Notes: generated by a model not told the origin, from the letters alone. A stretch of 64,000 nt of DNA from an uncultured Melioribacteraceae bacterium (GCA_964621225.1 CAZULK010000001.1:3888-67887), one strand, 5' to 3'. Shown: positions 27,764-39,174, counted from the first letter of the stretch. A program made the numbers and translations.

Positions 27764-28579
27764 ATGAAAAATTTAATTTATATAGCAATTATTGCAGTGA
27801 TATTTGCTGGCTGTGAGAAAATGCCGGACGGTGTGGTAGATCCGAGAAGTGATCTGTTGAAATTCAGTTTAACAAAAATTGATTTACCCGATACTTTGAT
27901 TTACGGAGTTGATGATTCCGTCGTTACAATAATCGCAGAAATCGAGAATGCTCAAAATGTAGACAGGGCATATTTCGATATACTTAATTCCACTGGGGAG
28001 AGTATCAATACAGCAAACAGATTGAAAGATGATGGTGATCTTATTAACTATCATGACTCTACTGCGGGGGATTCCAAATTTTCTGCTTTTATAACTTTCA
28101 GCAATAATGATCAATCCGGTAATTATTATTTTAAGTTTTATGCTTACGACCTGAATAGCGAATACCAGTTACTCGGTGAAAAACGTCTAACATATTTCAA
28201 TGCTCAGCCAAAGTTGCCACCGGTGATTTTTAATTTAAGTATGCCCGATTCCGTTAACAGAGGAACTGAATTTAAATTTAGTGTTCAAGTAAGTGACCCG
28301 AACGGCCTGGACGATATTAAATCTGGAGGTGTATATTATCGGCTCTTTAATCCTTCAGGTACTTTGATTGTTAATTCGCAAGGAATTTCTGAATTCCCTC
28401 TATCCGATTCGGGTGATGAAAGCAGCTCGGGTGACGTTACGGCCAATGACGGAATATTTACTCAAAAACTTACGTTCCCGACAAATCAATCTACAGGTAA
28501 GTGGAAATTTGAATTTCAAGCGGTCGATAAGTCCGATTCATTAAGCAACAAAATTGTTCATGAATTATTAGTGAAATAA
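27764..28579 (+). CDS. Lipoprotein, function unknown (Ig-like beta-rich)
   Basis: Lipobox IFAGCEK after the signal peptide. Beta-rich sequence with D/G/S-rich loops, 271 aa. Confidence 0.6.
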   Translation: MKNLIYIAIIAVIFAGCEKMPDGVVDPRSDLLKFSLTKIDLPDTLIYGVDDSVVTIIAEIENAQNVDRAYFDILNSTGESINTANRLKDDGDLINYHDSTAGDSKFSAFITFSNNDQSGNYYFKFYAYDLNSEYQLLGEKRLTYFNAQPKLPPVIFNLSMPDSVNRGTEFKFSVQVSDPNGLDDIKSGGVYYRLFNPSGTLIVNSQGISEFPLSDSGDESSSGDVTANDGIFTQKLTFPTNQSTGKWKFEFQAVDKSDSLSNKIVHELLVK

Positions 28580-30138
28580 TGAAAAAAATTTTTGCAGTTA
28601 TATTAATTTTAACCTCCACTCTACTCGCTCAAATGAGTCCCGAAAGCTATTTGTTGAATAAACCCTCTCTACAAAAATTCAATGATTCGTCTCCTAAAAG
28701 CAATTCTATTTTGGATATATTAGCTGTTGGCGATACCATCTGGCTTGGTACTTCCAGAGGATTAAGTAAATCGAATGACGGTGGAGCAACGTGGACCAAT
28801 TATTATCAAACCTCGGAATTCGGTACAGCCAGCATCACGGCTCTTGCGTATGGAAACGGTATAATTTGGGCAGCGCTCGGTACTTCGGTGGAAATTAACG
28901 GAAGTAGCTTACCGAAGGGGTTGGGCTTAAGGTATTCTTCAGATAACGGAGTTACGTGGAATTCCATTCCACAACCGGTAGACGCTGAGGATGATACAGT
29001 TGTAACTTACGGAATAAATCAAATTAGAGCATTACCGGTAACAACGGAAATAAACAATATCACCTATGACATTTCGGTAAAAAATAATACTGTTTTTATT
29101 GCATCGTTCGCCGGTGGTTTGAGAAAGAGTGACGATCTTGGTCAAACTTGGCAAAGGGTTGTGTTGCCTCCGGATTATTTGGATGAAATTAAACCTACGG
29201 ATTCACTTAATTTTTCTCTTCAGCCGGTCAGCGGAGCTTTTGGAAATGAGAACAATCTTAATCACAGATTATTTGCCGTTATTGCCGGAAAAGATAATGA
29301 AGTTTGGGCGGGAACAGCAGGTGGTGTCAACAAATCAACCGATGGTGGAGTTAGCTGGCAAAAGTTTAATCATGCTAATCAAAGAAATCCGATCTCAGGT
29401 AATTTCATAACTGCATTGGGATATGATACTGCTAAAGACATTATTTATGCTTCCACGTGGAAAGCCGAAGGTATAGACGAGTATTACGGTGTTTCCGCAA
29501 CTTCGAACGGCGGTGTTACTTGGGAAGTATCTCTTACCGGAGAAAGACCGCATAATTTCGGGTTCATAAATTATTCCAATGTGAATGATGCTCTTTGTGC
29601 AACTGATAACGGAATTTTCCGTACTTCGGATAATGGGTTAACCTGGAATCTGCCCCCTCTAATTATAGATTCCGAAAACAATCAACCCATCGAGACTAAT
29701 GTTTTCTATTCTGCCACTTCAGTTAATAAGGGCTCATCTGCAGATATATGGATAGGTTCGGATAACGGTCTGGCTAAGCTAACCGAAACCGGAGCTGCGT
29801 GGCAAGGTGATTGGAAAATATTTCATGCAGCAGGCGAATCTTCCAACTTCGAAAATACATTCGCATTTCCTAATCCATTCGCACCAGGATTGGAAAATAT
29901 CAAAATTAAATATTTATTGCAGAACAATGCTGATGTGTCGATTAGGATTTTTAATTTCAGTATGCAACTTGTAAAAACTCTTTTGCAAAATGCTCCGCGT
30001 ACAGGTGGAATTGAGCAAATTGAAAATTGGGACGGAAGAGATGAGGAAGGAAAATTGGTTCCCAATGGAGTTTATTTTTACAGGATAGATGTAAATGGAT
30101 CAAAAGGTATTTACGGAAAAATTATGGCTGTGAGGTAA
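28579..30138 (+). CDS. BNR/Asp-box repeat beta-propeller protein with FlgD-Ig / T9SS-type C-terminal domain
   Basis: Six SxDxGxTW boxes (SNDGGATW, SSDNGVTW, SDDLGQTW, STDGGVSW, TSNGGVTW, TSDNGLTW). C-terminus FPNPFAP...WDGRDEEGKLVPNGVYFYRI typical of FlgD-Ig-like sorting domains. Signal peptide present. Confidence 0.8.
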   Translation: MKKIFAVILILTSTLLAQMSPESYLLNKPSLQKFNDSSPKSNSILDILAVGDTIWLGTSRGLSKSNDGGATWTNYYQTSEFGTASITALAYGNGIIWAALGTSVEINGSSLPKGLGLRYSSDNGVTWNSIPQPVDAEDDTVVTYGINQIRALPVTTEINNITYDISVKNNTVFIASFAGGLRKSDDLGQTWQRVVLPPDYLDEIKPTDSLNFSLQPVSGAFGNENNLNHRLFAVIAGKDNEVWAGTAGGVNKSTDGGVSWQKFNHANQRNPISGNFITALGYDTAKDIIYASTWKAEGIDEYYGVSATSNGGVTWEVSLTGERPHNFGFINYSNVNDALCATDNGIFRTSDNGLTWNLPPLIIDSENNQPIETNVFYSATSVNKGSSADIWIGSDNGLAKLTETGAAWQGDWKIFHAAGESSNFENTFAFPNPFAPGLENIKIKYLLQNNADVSIRIFNFSMQLVKTLLQNAPRTGGIEQIENWDGRDEEGKLVPNGVYFYRIDVNGSKGIYGKIMAVR

Positions 30139-30145
30139 TACTGAT

Positions 30146-31144
30146 TTGAAAAAGTTTTTTGTAATTATATTGTTAATGTTTACTACTTCGTTGATTTACG
30201 GACAATACAATTCCGTTTCTCAATACACAGGGTCGTTTAGCAGAATGGGATTTTCCGCCAGGGGAATAGCAATGGGTAATTCACTTTCCTCGGTATTGGA
30301 GGGAGATCTGAGCGGATATTATAATCCCGCAATTTCATCCTTTCAAAAAGGTATAAACTTTTCATTGGGATATACGATATTGTCCTTGGATAGAAGTTTG
30401 AATTTCCTCTCTTTCGGTAAAAGTTTTGAATTGGGTAAGAAAAGAGATGCCGAAGGAAATTGGACAAAGCCGAAATCGATTGCCGGAATTTATGCCGGAA
30501 TAGTGAATTCGGGTGTTTCGGGAATAGAAGAAAGGGATAATCAAGGAATTAAAAGCGGTGATATTTCAACTTCAGAAAACCTTTTCTTTATCGCTGTTTC
30601 AAATCAATTTAGTGACCATATCTCGGTTGGATTGAATATAAAATTTTACTATTATAAATTATATCAAAACGTTACTTCCACGGGAGTCGGGCTGGATGCG
30701 GGAATTATCTACCGCTATAATAATAATTTAAACTTTGCATTTGTTATTAGTGATATTAATTCAAAATATAAATGGAATACAACTGATCTCTACGGACAGT
30801 ATGGAAGTCTAACCGAAAATAAATTCCCATTGAGAAAAAAGTTTGCAGCTTCTTACTTGTTTAATCAAATAGGATTATTATTAGCGGCTGAAATAGAAGC
30901 ATATGATGGCGAAAATAATTTTGTGAGATTCGGAACAGAATATAATATTATTGATGGTTTCCGTTTAAGAGCCGGACTTGACGGGTTGAATATTTCGAAT
31001 TCCGAAATTCCAGTTAAGCCTTCATTCGGTTTTGGATATCAATACATATTGGCTTCTCATCTATTAGGGATAGATTATACTTATGGTGTTGAACCGTATT
31101 CACCACTTAACTTTCATGTTTTGGCAATAAATTTTAAGTTATAG
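30146..31144 (+). CDS. PorV/PorQ-family outer-membrane beta-barrel protein (T9SS-associated family), copy 1
   Basis: Signal peptide, GFSARGIAMGNS...YYNPA N-terminal signature, beta-barrel pattern, C-terminal LAINFKL. TTG start. Confidence 0.65.
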   Translation: MKKFFVIILLMFTTSLIYGQYNSVSQYTGSFSRMGFSARGIAMGNSLSSVLEGDLSGYYNPAISSFQKGINFSLGYTILSLDRSLNFLSFGKSFELGKKRDAEGNWTKPKSIAGIYAGIVNSGVSGIEERDNQGIKSGDISTSENLFFIAVSNQFSDHISVGLNIKFYYYKLYQNVTSTGVGLDAGIIYRYNNNLNFAFVISDINSKYKWNTTDLYGQYGSLTENKFPLRKKFAASYLFNQIGLLLAAEIEAYDGENNFVRFGTEYNIIDGFRLRAGLDGLNISNSEIPVKPSFGFGYQYILASHLLGIDYTYGVEPYSPLNFHVLAINFKL

Positions 31145-31147
31145 ATT

Positions 31148-32032
31148 ATGAAAAGATTTTTCTTAATTGTAATTCTGATGTCATCTCAAATTTTTAGTCA
31201 AACCTCCGGTTTGGCTAATCTTAAGAATGGCGTAAACGCAAGAGATATAGCAATGAGTGACTTGGGTGTTGTAAGCTCGGGCGGTGCGGCATCATTTTTT
31301 TATAACCCTGCATTACTCGATGGAAAAACACAATTTAAATTCAGTCATAATTCTTATATCCAGGATGTAAATAATGAATTTCTTGGTATAAGTTTTTCAT
31401 TCTTAGATATTCCACTGGCAATTGGCTTTGCCTCTACCGTTATTCCCGATATTGAAATCAGAACCAAACCCGGAGAAGCCGATGGGAAATTCGATGCACA
31501 CTATTTTTATGGTGGGATATCGTCGGCTTTCAATATAAGTGAGGAATTAAAAGCCGGAGTTACAGCAAAATTCATTTACGAAGGCCTCTTTTCTGATGAA
31601 GCAAATGGCTATGCAGTCGATTTCGGACTTATTCATAACAATTTATTCATAGATAATTTAACTGCGGGAATAAGTTTTAAGAATATCGGAACTATGGAAA
31701 AACTAAGAAACACTGCGACGGAATTACCCCAAGATTTGAGAATAGGATTGAATTATACTTACTCATTGGCAAACATAAAATCGATTGTTAACCTAACCGG
31801 TGGAATGCAAAAATACTTGAATTCTGGAAATTCCCATTTGCATATCGGTGCAGAGATTAATTATGCATCTTCATTTGCTGTAAGGCTTGGTTACGTGACG
31901 GGTTACGAAGGGAAGTCGATTTCATTCGGCGGAGGAGTGATTTGGGGAAATATTAAGTTCGATTATGCTTTCGTGCCTTTTTCCTACGAATTGGGTAATT
32001 CCCATTTTATAACTATCGGATATGATTTATAA
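31148..32032 (+). CDS. PorV/PorQ-family outer-membrane beta-barrel protein, copy 2
   Basis: GVNARDIAMSDLGV...FFYNPA signature, beta-barrel pattern, C-terminal ITIGYDL. Confidence 0.65.
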   Translation: MKRFFLIVILMSSQIFSQTSGLANLKNGVNARDIAMSDLGVVSSGGAASFFYNPALLDGKTQFKFSHNSYIQDVNNEFLGISFSFLDIPLAIGFASTVIPDIEIRTKPGEADGKFDAHYFYGGISSAFNISEELKAGVTAKFIYEGLFSDEANGYAVDFGLIHNNLFIDNLTAGISFKNIGTMEKLRNTATELPQDLRIGLNYTYSLANIKSIVNLTGGMQKYLNSGNSHLHIGAEINYASSFAVRLGYVTGYEGKSISFGGGVIWGNIKFDYAFVPFSYELGNSHFITIGYDL

Positions 32033-32080
32033 TAATTTTCTTCCGAGATCTTGTGTTGTTGAACTATAGATAAAAATGAT

Positions 32081-33040
32081 ATGGATGTAGTAGTTTATAA
32101 AGATGAGTATAGAGAACTTTGGGATGAATTTGTTGAGAACTCTAACAATGGAACGATGTTCCATCTGCAACAATTTTTAGATTATCATCCCGCCGGAAAA
32201 TTCGATTGGCATCATTTAATGTTTTTTGAAAAGGGGAATCTGAAAGCCGTTCTTCCCGGAACTTTTGAAAATGGTGTATACGAATCTCCTATTGGCGCCA
32301 GTTACGGCTCACTTGTCATTCCCGATATTACTTTCAAAGAAACAATGGACTTGGTATCTGCCCTTTTGGATTGGGGTAAGAAAAACGGGGTGAAGCATTT
32401 CATTTTAACTTCTGCACCTATGATTTACGAAAATTTTCAAAATCAGAATTTGGAATTTGCGATGCTGTGGCAAGGTTTTAATTACCAACTTCATTACATA
32501 AGCTCGGCAATTAAACTCGACCCGGCAAGAGAACTTCTTCCCAGATTCCAGTCCACCGTTAGAAGAAACATCCGCAAGTCATTGAAAGATCCTGATATAA
32601 GAGTGGAAGTTAACGAAAGGTATGATCAGTTCTATCCGATTTTGTTGGAGAACAAAGCCCGTCACAACGTAAAACCGACTCACAGTTACGAAGATTTAAT
32701 GAAACTCAAAGAATTGCTACCCGATAAGCTGAAGCTGTTCATGGTGTATTACCAAGATAAGCCGATTGGCGGTTCTTTGATGTTCTATCCGAATAAAAAT
32801 GTTGCTCTCTGCTTTTACAATATGTTGCTGTATGATTATGCGCAATACAAACCGATTCAAAGAGTAATGTTTGAAGTTGTAAAAGATGCTACTGAAACCG
32901 GTTACAAATATGTTGACATAGGAGTAAGTCAGGATACATCTGCTGAAAATCCGATGACTCCTTCTATGAGTTTGATCGATTTTAAGGAAAAATTTGACGC
33001 GAAAACAATAATGAGGAACACTCTCGAAATTCATCTTTGA
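32081..33040 (+). CDS. FemAB-like / BioF2-like GNAT acyltransferase (tentative)
   Basis: 319 aa, two-lobed GNAT-like layout (WDEFV...FHLQQFLDY N-lobe; KPIGGSLMFY...YNMLLYD C-lobe), as in FemX-type aminoacyl/peptidyl transferases. Context with GT4/GT9. Confidence 0.45.
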   Translation: MDVVVYKDEYRELWDEFVENSNNGTMFHLQQFLDYHPAGKFDWHHLMFFEKGNLKAVLPGTFENGVYESPIGASYGSLVIPDITFKETMDLVSALLDWGKKNGVKHFILTSAPMIYENFQNQNLEFAMLWQGFNYQLHYISSAIKLDPARELLPRFQSTVRRNIRKSLKDPDIRVEVNERYDQFYPILLENKARHNVKPTHSYEDLMKLKELLPDKLKLFMVYYQDKPIGGSLMFYPNKNVALCFYNMLLYDYAQYKPIQRVMFEVVKDATETGYKYVDIGVSQDTSAENPMTPSMSLIDFKEKFDAKTIMRNTLEIHL

Positions 33041-33043
33041 GAA

Positions 33044-34156
33044 ATGAATAAAAAAGCAGTCATAGCATTTCTCGGTAATGCGCTCTTCGATAGCAGAGTG
33101 ATGAATCTTTACAGCTCGCTCACTGAAAAGGGGATTAAGGTCAAAGTTCTTTCCTTCGATTTTAAGGATACAAAAGTATATTCAGATAATCCCGACATTA
33201 TTGTTTTTCCATATCCCAAAAGAAATTCACTTCTTTTTTACACAAAGTTTTTTGCCCGGCTTAATTGGGAATTATCCAAGGAAAAATTCGATTATTATTT
33301 TGCTGAGGATGTATATACTCTTCCCATAGTTCAATTCTGGACAGGTCTCTATTCCGGGAAATTAATTTATGATTCGAGGGAATTGTATCCTTTTCTGGCG
33401 GGCTTAAGGGAAAAATCAACGAACCAAAAAATTATTGCTGCAATAGAAAAGCGATACATTTATGAAGCAGATAAAATACTTGTTACCGGGAAAATGGATG
33501 CTGAATTTCTTGAAGAATATTACAATGTAAATAATATTCTATTGTTGAGAAATCTCCCCAAATATACGAAACAATTAAAGCCGGTAAATATTATGGAAAA
33601 ACTATCCCTCCCTGAAAACGCAAAAATAATTATTTACCAGGGAGTGATTCTTGAGGGAAGAGGTATAAAGCTAACCATCGATGCTATTAAGAACCTTCCG
33701 GAATGGCATTTTGTTATTCTTGGGGACGGTGAATTCCGCGATGAATTTCAAAGTTATTCAGAAAAGATTTGCGTTAGCAACCGTGTCCATTTCCTGGGAT
33801 TTATTTCCCAGGAGGAATTGTTGAACTACTCTTCGGCAGCCGATTTGGGAATGGCTCTAATAGAAAATCTAAGCAAGAGTTACTATTATGCATTGCCGAA
33901 TAAACTTTTTGAATATATAATGGCCGGCACACCGGTGATGGTTAGTAATCTGCCGCAAATGAGAGAAGTTGTTGAAAATTATAATGTCGGGATTGTAGCA
34001 GAGGATTGGACACCGGAAACCATTAGTAAGGAATTACAAAAAATCAGTTCCGGCGAAATTGATTTGAAAAAATTGAAGGCGAATTGTAGAAATGCTGCCC
34101 AAACTTTGAATTGGGAAAATGAATTCGAATTAATCTCCGGGGAATTACTCAATTGA
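33044..34156 (+). CDS. Family-4 (GT-B, group 1) glycosyltransferase
   Basis: C-terminal EX7E region (LPNKLFEYIMAGTPVMVS), GDGEFRDEF...HFLGF pattern, 370 aa. Confidence 0.8.
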   Translation: MNKKAVIAFLGNALFDSRVMNLYSSLTEKGIKVKVLSFDFKDTKVYSDNPDIIVFPYPKRNSLLFYTKFFARLNWELSKEKFDYYFAEDVYTLPIVQFWTGLYSGKLIYDSRELYPFLAGLREKSTNQKIIAAIEKRYIYEADKILVTGKMDAEFLEEYYNVNNILLLRNLPKYTKQLKPVNIMEKLSLPENAKIIIYQGVILEGRGIKLTIDAIKNLPEWHFVILGDGEFRDEFQSYSEKICVSNRVHFLGFISQEELLNYSSAADLGMALIENLSKSYYYALPNKLFEYIMAGTPVMVSNLPQMREVVENYNVGIVAEDWTPETISKELQKISSGEIDLKKLKANCRNAAQTLNWENEFELISGELLN

Positions 34157-35154
34157 AAAAGCGCATTTTAATTTCCCGGCCGGACAGATTGGGGGACGTA
34201 GTACTTTCGACGCCCCTTCCAAGAGAAATTAAAAAAAGTTTCCCCGATTCATTTGTTGCCGTGCTTGCCAGGGAATATACCAAAGATGTTTTTCTCCACA
34301 ATCCATATGTTGACGAAATCATTCTTTTCGAACCGGAGAGAACGGGATTCAATTATTTTTGGGAGAAAAGAAGGGAAATTTCAAATTACAATTTTACGCA
34401 TGCTTTGATGCTGCTTCCTAACGAGAAGATAAATTATCTTCTGTTCCTTGCTGGAATACCATTCAGAGTCGGAGTCGGACATAAATTCTACCAAGCGATA
34501 ACGTTTACCAAATTCGTAGATAGAAAAAAATATATTCCTTTGAGGCACGAAGCCGATTATTGTATGGACTTGGCAAGAAAGATTGGTGTGGAAACTTACG
34601 ATATTCGTACGGAAATATTTTTATCTGACGAGGAGAAAAAACGTGCCGGGGAATTGAGAGATAAACTTGGAAACGGAAAGAAAAACATCCTTTTGCATAT
34701 CACTTCCGGGAAAAGTTCGCCTAATCTGCCAAGTGAAGAATACCTAAAATTAGCAGAAAAAATAGCTAACGATGATAGATTTAATTTGATAATTACTGAA
34801 AAAGATTGTCCGGAAGAATTTAAAAAATTCAATGCATTTGATTATAAAACAAAAGAATTGAGGGATTTGATTGTTCTTATCTCAGCAGGTGATTTGATGA
34901 TTTCTGCAAGCACGGGACCGGCTCATATTGCTGCAGCTCTTGGAGTACCGACATTAACATTATTTTGTCCTTTGCCTGCATGCTCACCCCAGTTATGGAG
35001 CCCGATGGGGAATGATGCAAACTACATTTTACCTCCCGAAGAATATTGTAAATCTCAATGTCCGGGAGACCCTCATATTTGTACGTACGATGGGGGAATT
35101 ACTTATGAAGATGTATATCAACAATTAAACGAGTGGCATCTGAAAAACTGCTGA
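34153..35154 (+). CDS. Family-9 glycosyltransferase (heptosyltransferase-like)
   Basis: ILISRPDRLGDVVLSTP N-terminus and STGPAHIAAALGVPTLTLF, typical of GT9. TTG start overlapping the upstream stop. Confidence 0.8.
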   Translation: MKKRILISRPDRLGDVVLSTPLPREIKKSFPDSFVAVLAREYTKDVFLHNPYVDEIILFEPERTGFNYFWEKRREISNYNFTHALMLLPNEKINYLLFLAGIPFRVGVGHKFYQAITFTKFVDRKKYIPLRHEADYCMDLARKIGVETYDIRTEIFLSDEEKKRAGELRDKLGNGKKNILLHITSGKSSPNLPSEEYLKLAEKIANDDRFNLIITEKDCPEEFKKFNAFDYKTKELRDLIVLISAGDLMISASTGPAHIAAALGVPTLTLFCPLPACSPQLWSPMGNDANYILPPEEYCKSQCPGDPHICTYDGGITYEDVYQQLNEWHLKNC

Positions 35155-35202
35155 TTGTTATTAAATAGTTTTATATATTTCGCCTTCAAAAATTTGATTT
35201 TA

Positions 35203-35292
<90 letters not shown>

Positions 35293-35448
35293 TTTTTTTA
35301 TTGATGAAATTCAATAAAAAAATTGAACGTGCGAAGCAAAAAAAAATTCAGTTTAATTTTTAGGACCTGCACCCGAAGATTTTTTCCTGATAGGGTAATT
35401 AATCTCCAAAAAAAATTGGGATTTTTCGCTAAATCAAAAGTTATACAA

Positions 35449-35467
35449 AATTAATATTATATTAATT
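35449..35467. promoter_or_regulatory. Perfect 9-1-9 palindrome AATTAATAT-T-ATATTAATT in the nrdJ upstream region (possible operator)
   Basis: Verified by hand reverse-complementing. Lies ~115 nt upstream of the nrdJ ATG. AT-only composition makes chance occurrence plausible. Confidence 0.2.
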
Positions 35468-35580
35468 CGATTAACCCTTTGATTTATATTCTGTTTTTTT
35501 TAACTTGCACTCCACGACTTTATGGGGTCAAAAAAATTAAATGCAACAACCACAGCAACACATAAAAATTTGAGGTATAC

Positions 35581-38500
35581 ATGAAGATAAATCGCCTTTT
35601 TACAAAAGCGGGAAAGGATCCGCTCGAATCAGTTGAATTTGTGAAGAGAACTTCAGAAATCAGAAACCCGGACGGAACCGTTGTTTTCAAGATGGAAGAC
35701 GTTTTGGTTCCCAAATCCTGGTCTCAGGTAGCAACCGACATTATAGCACAAAAATATTTTAGAAAAGCCGGCGTACCGAGATTCGTTAAAAAGGTGAAAG
35801 AAAAAGGAATTCCTGCATGGTTGCAGAGATCCGTAGCCGATGAACAACAATTGGCTCAACTTCCGGAAAAGGAAAGATACGGTAGCGAGCACGATTCAAG
35901 ACAGGTATTCCATCGTCTGGCCGGAACGTGGACATACTGGGGATGGAAAGCAGGATTCTTTACAGAAGAAGATGATGCCAAGGCATTCTACGATGAGATG
36001 GTTTATATGCTCGCAAATCAAATGGCGGCTCCGAATTCACCCCAATGGTTCAATACCGGACTTCATTGGGCTTATGGAATAAACGGTCCGGCTCAAGGAC
36101 ATTATTATGTAGATTTTCAAACAGGTGAATTAAAAAAATCGGAAGATGCTTATACTCACCCTCAACCTCATGCATGTTTCATTCAATCAATAAAGGATGA
36201 TCTTGTTAACGAAGGCGGAATAATGGACCTTTGGGTTAGGGAAGCAAGATTATTCAAATATGGTTCGGGTACCGGTACAAACTTTTCCGATATAAGAGGT
36301 GCCGATGAACCATTGAGCGGTGGTGGAAAATCCTCTGGCTTAATGTCTTTCCTCAAAATAGGTGATCGTTCGGCGGGAGCTATTAAATCCGGCGGAACTA
36401 CCAGACGTGCAGCTAAAATGGTTACTCTCGATGTGGATCATCCCGATGTTGAGGAGTATATTAATTGGAAGGTTATTGAAGAACAAAAAGTTGCTGCTCT
36501 TGTTGCCGGTTCAAAAGCATGTAATTATCACTTAAATAATATTATTAAAGCTTGCTATGCAGAACACCCGGAAAATGACAGATTCAATAAAAAGAAAAAT
36601 AAGAAATTAAAAAGTGCAGTGATGGCTGCAAAGCGCGCTCATGTTCCTGTTAATTATATTGAGCGTGTAATCGAGTTGGCACGTCAGGGAGCTAAAGAAA
36701 TCCAATTCCCGGAATACGACGTTGATTGGAATTCGGAAGCATACGCAACAGTTTCCGGACAAAACTCTAACAACTCTCTCAGGGTTACAAATGATTTTAT
36801 GAAAGCTGTTCTCGAAGACGGGGACTGGAATCTTTATTGGAGAACAGAGAAGAAGAAGGCAGAGAAGGAAGGTCGCGCTCCGCGTCCGTTCAAAACAATC
36901 AAAGCCAATGAGCTTTGGGATCAGATTGCTACTGCTGCATGGAGCTGTGCTGATCCAGGATTGCAATATCACACTACAATAAATGAATGGCATACTTGCA
37001 AGGCTTCCGGGGAAATTAAAGCTTCAAATCCTTGCAGTGAATATATGTTTTTAGATGATACTGCATGTAATTTAGCCTCCTTAAACGTCGTTAAATTTTA
37101 TGATGATGATAAACAACAATTCAATATAAAAGCATTCCGTCACGCATCCCGGCTATGGACTATAGTTCTTGAAATTAGCGTTTTAATGGCGCAATATCCG
37201 AGTAAAGAAGTAGCTCAAAGAAGTTACGATTTCCGTACACTTGGATTGGGGTATGCTAATCTCGGATCCCTTTTGATGAGGCAGGGAATACCTTATGCCA
37301 GTAAAGAAGCTTATGCAATTGCCGGTGCGATTACTGCAATTATGCATATGAAAGCTTATGCGACAAGTGCTGAAATGGCTAAAGAATTCGGTACATTCCC
37401 TAAATATGAAGAGAATAAAGAACATATGCTCAGGGTGCTTCGCAATCACCGTAGGGCAGCATACAACGTTCCTAAAGAAGAGTATGAAGGTCTTACTATC
37501 TTTCCTAAAGGGATTGACCCCGAATACTGTCCCAGTGACTTGTTGAAAGCTGCTAGGGAAGATGCAGACATGGCAGTGAATTTAGGTCAGAAATTTGGTT
37601 ACAGAAATGCTCAGGTAACCGTAATTGCTCCTACAGGTACAATCGGTTTGGTGATGGATTGCGATACCACCGGAATCGAACCCGATTTTGCCCTGGTTAA
37701 ATTTAAGAAACTTGCCGGAGGCGGTTATTTCAAAATTATTAACCAATCTATTCCGCCCGCACTCAGAAGATTAGGTTACAACGAAGAGCAAATTAAAGAA
37801 ATCGTTAAGTATGCTAAGGGTGCCGGAACTTTGGAAGGCTGTCCTTACATAAACGAAGAATCTCTCAAAGCTAAAGGGTTTACTAAAGATGTAATAAATA
37901 AGATAGAAGTTACTCTTCCTTCGGTGTTCGAAATCAAGTTTGCATTCAACAAATATACTTTGGGAGTGGATTTCTTAAAAGATACACTTAAAATTCCTCA
38001 GGAAAAATTAAATGATCCATTCTTCGATTTGTTGAAATATCTTGGTTTTACCGATGAAGAAATTGCTACGGCAAACGATTATGTTTGTGGTACGATGACT
38101 ATTGAAGGCGCTCCGTTCCTTAAACATGAGCATTACCCTGTGTTCGATACTGCAAATAAATGCGGTAAAAAAGGAACACGCTATATATCAAGCGAGGCTC
38201 ACATTCAGATGATGGCTGCTGCTCAGCCTTTTATTTCCGGCGCAATTTCCAAGACCATCAACTTGCCTTCGCATGCTACAATAAATGATATTAAGGAAGC
38301 ATATATGCTTTCCTGGAAGCTTGGATTAAAAGCCAACGCACTCTACAGAGATGGTTCGAAACTTTCTCAACCCTTGAATTCGATTTCCGACGATGATATC
38401 GAAGAAATGCAAGAAGAGAAAGAGAATAATGACATCGTCAAAATTGCCGAAAGAATCATTCACAGATACATTGCCAAGAGAAGAAGATTACCCGATAGAA

Positions 38501-39159
38501 GAACCGGTTATACTCAGAAAGCTAAAATTAGCGGTCAAACAGTTTATATCAGAACCGGGGAATATGAGAACGGACAACTTGGTGAAATATTCATCGATAT
38601 GCACAAGGAAGGTGCAGCGTTCAGAAGTTTATTGAATAGTTTTGCCATTGCCGTTTCACTCGGATTACAACATGGTGTTCCTTTGGATGAATTCGTCGAA
38701 GCATTCGTATTCACCAGATTCGAACCAAGCGGTCCTGTAATGGGTAATGCCAGAATTAAGATGGCTACTTCTGTAATCGATTATATTTTCAGAGAATTAG
38801 CGGTTACCTATTTGGGAAGAAACGATTTGGCTCATGTGGACGAAAGTGAAATGAATAAAAGATCGAATGATAGAAGGAGCAGACTTGAACCCGACTACGA
38901 AAGTGAAGAGGTGGTGAGCGAAAGAGTCATTCAACTTGATGACACTACTAAGGAAATTAATGAATTTGATGATGTGTTGAACGAAGGAAACGGTCGTCAG
39001 GAAAGAGCTCAGGTTCTTAGCGCAATTAAACAAGTACAAGAAGCGAGAAATATGGGGTATACCGGGGATATCTGTCCCGAATGCCAAAGTATGACAATGG
39101 TTCGAAACGGTACTTGTTTAAAATGTACTACTTGCGGTGCAACAACCGGTTGCAGTTAG
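35581..39159 (+). CDS. nrdJ: Adenosylcobalamin-dependent (class II) ribonucleotide reductase, long form with C-terminal zinc-ribbon tail
   Basis: 1192 aa. NPCSEY active-site Cys loop, [28 protein letters not shown]-terminal CPECQS...CLKCTTCG...GCS. Confidence 0.93.
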   Translation: MKINRLFTKAGKDPLESVEFVKRTSEIRNPDGTVVFKMEDVLVPKSWSQVATDIIAQKYFRKAGVPRFVKKVKEKGIPAWLQRSVADEQQLAQLPEKERYGSEHDSRQVFHRLAGTWTYWGWKAGFFTEEDDAKAFYDEMVYMLANQMAAPNSPQWFNTGLHWAYGINGPAQGHYYVDFQTGELKKSEDAYTHPQPHACFIQSIKDDLVNEGGIMDLWVREARLFKYGSGTGTNFSDIRGADEPLSGGGKSSGLMSFLKIGDRSAGAIKSGGTTRRAAKMVTLDVDHPDVEEYINWKVIEEQKVAALVAGSKACNYHLNNIIKACYAEHPENDRFNKKKNKKLKSAVMAAKRAHVPVNYIERVIELARQGAKEIQFPEYDVDWNSEAYATVSGQNSNNSLRVTNDFMKAVLEDGDWNLYWRTEKKKAEKEGRAPRPFKTIKANELWDQIATAAWSCADPGLQYHTTINEWHTCKASGEIKASNPCSEYMFLDDTACNLASLNVVKFYDDDKQQFNIKAFRHASRLWTIVLEISVLMAQYPSKEVAQRSYDFRTLGLGYANLGSLLMRQGIPYASKEAYAIAGAITAIMHMKAYATSAEMAKEFGTFPKYEENKEHMLRVLRNHRRAAYNVPKEEYEGLTIFPKGIDPEYCPSDLLKAAREDADMAVNLGQKFGYRNAQVTVIAPTGTIGLVMDCDTTGIEPDFALVKFKKLAGGGYFKIINQSIPPALRRLGYNEEQIKEIVKYAKGAGTLEGCPYINEESLKAKGFTKDVINKIEVTLPSVFEIKFAFNKYTLGVDFLKDTLKIPQEKLNDPFFDLLKYLGFTDEEIATANDYVCGTMTIEGAPFLKHEHYPVFDTANKCGKKGTRYISSEAHIQMMAAAQPFISGAISKTINLPSHATINDIKEAYMLSWKLGLKANALYRDGSKLSQPLNSISDDDIEEMQEEKENNDIVKIAERIIHRYIAKRRRLPDRRTGYTQKAKISGQTVYIRTGEYENGQLGEIFIDMHKEGAAFRSLLNSFAIAVSLGLQHGVPLDEFVEAFVFTRFEPSGPVMGNARIKMATSVIDYIFRELAVTYLGRNDLAHVDESEMNKRSNDRRSRLEPDYESEEVVSERVIQLDDTTKEINEFDDVLNEGNGRQERAQVLSAIKQVQEARNMGYTGDICPECQSMTMVRNGTCLKCTTCGATTGCS

Positions 39160-39174
39160 ATTTAATTGTAAGCC

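Noticed and set aside
35300-35580. Cobalamin riboswitch or NrdR boxes upstream of nrdJ
   Set aside because: There is no B12-box-like GC-rich core and no pair of 16-bp ACACxAxATxTxGTGT-type palindromes. The region is nearly all A/T.
35581-39159. Possible intein or mobile insertion accounting for the 1192-aa length of NrdJ
   Set aside because: There are no intein splice-junction blocks (Cys/Ser-start plus HN-Cys/Ser/Thr end) or homing-endonuclease motifs. The extra length is distributed in segments typical of long-form class II RNRs plus a C-terminal zinc-ribbon tail.
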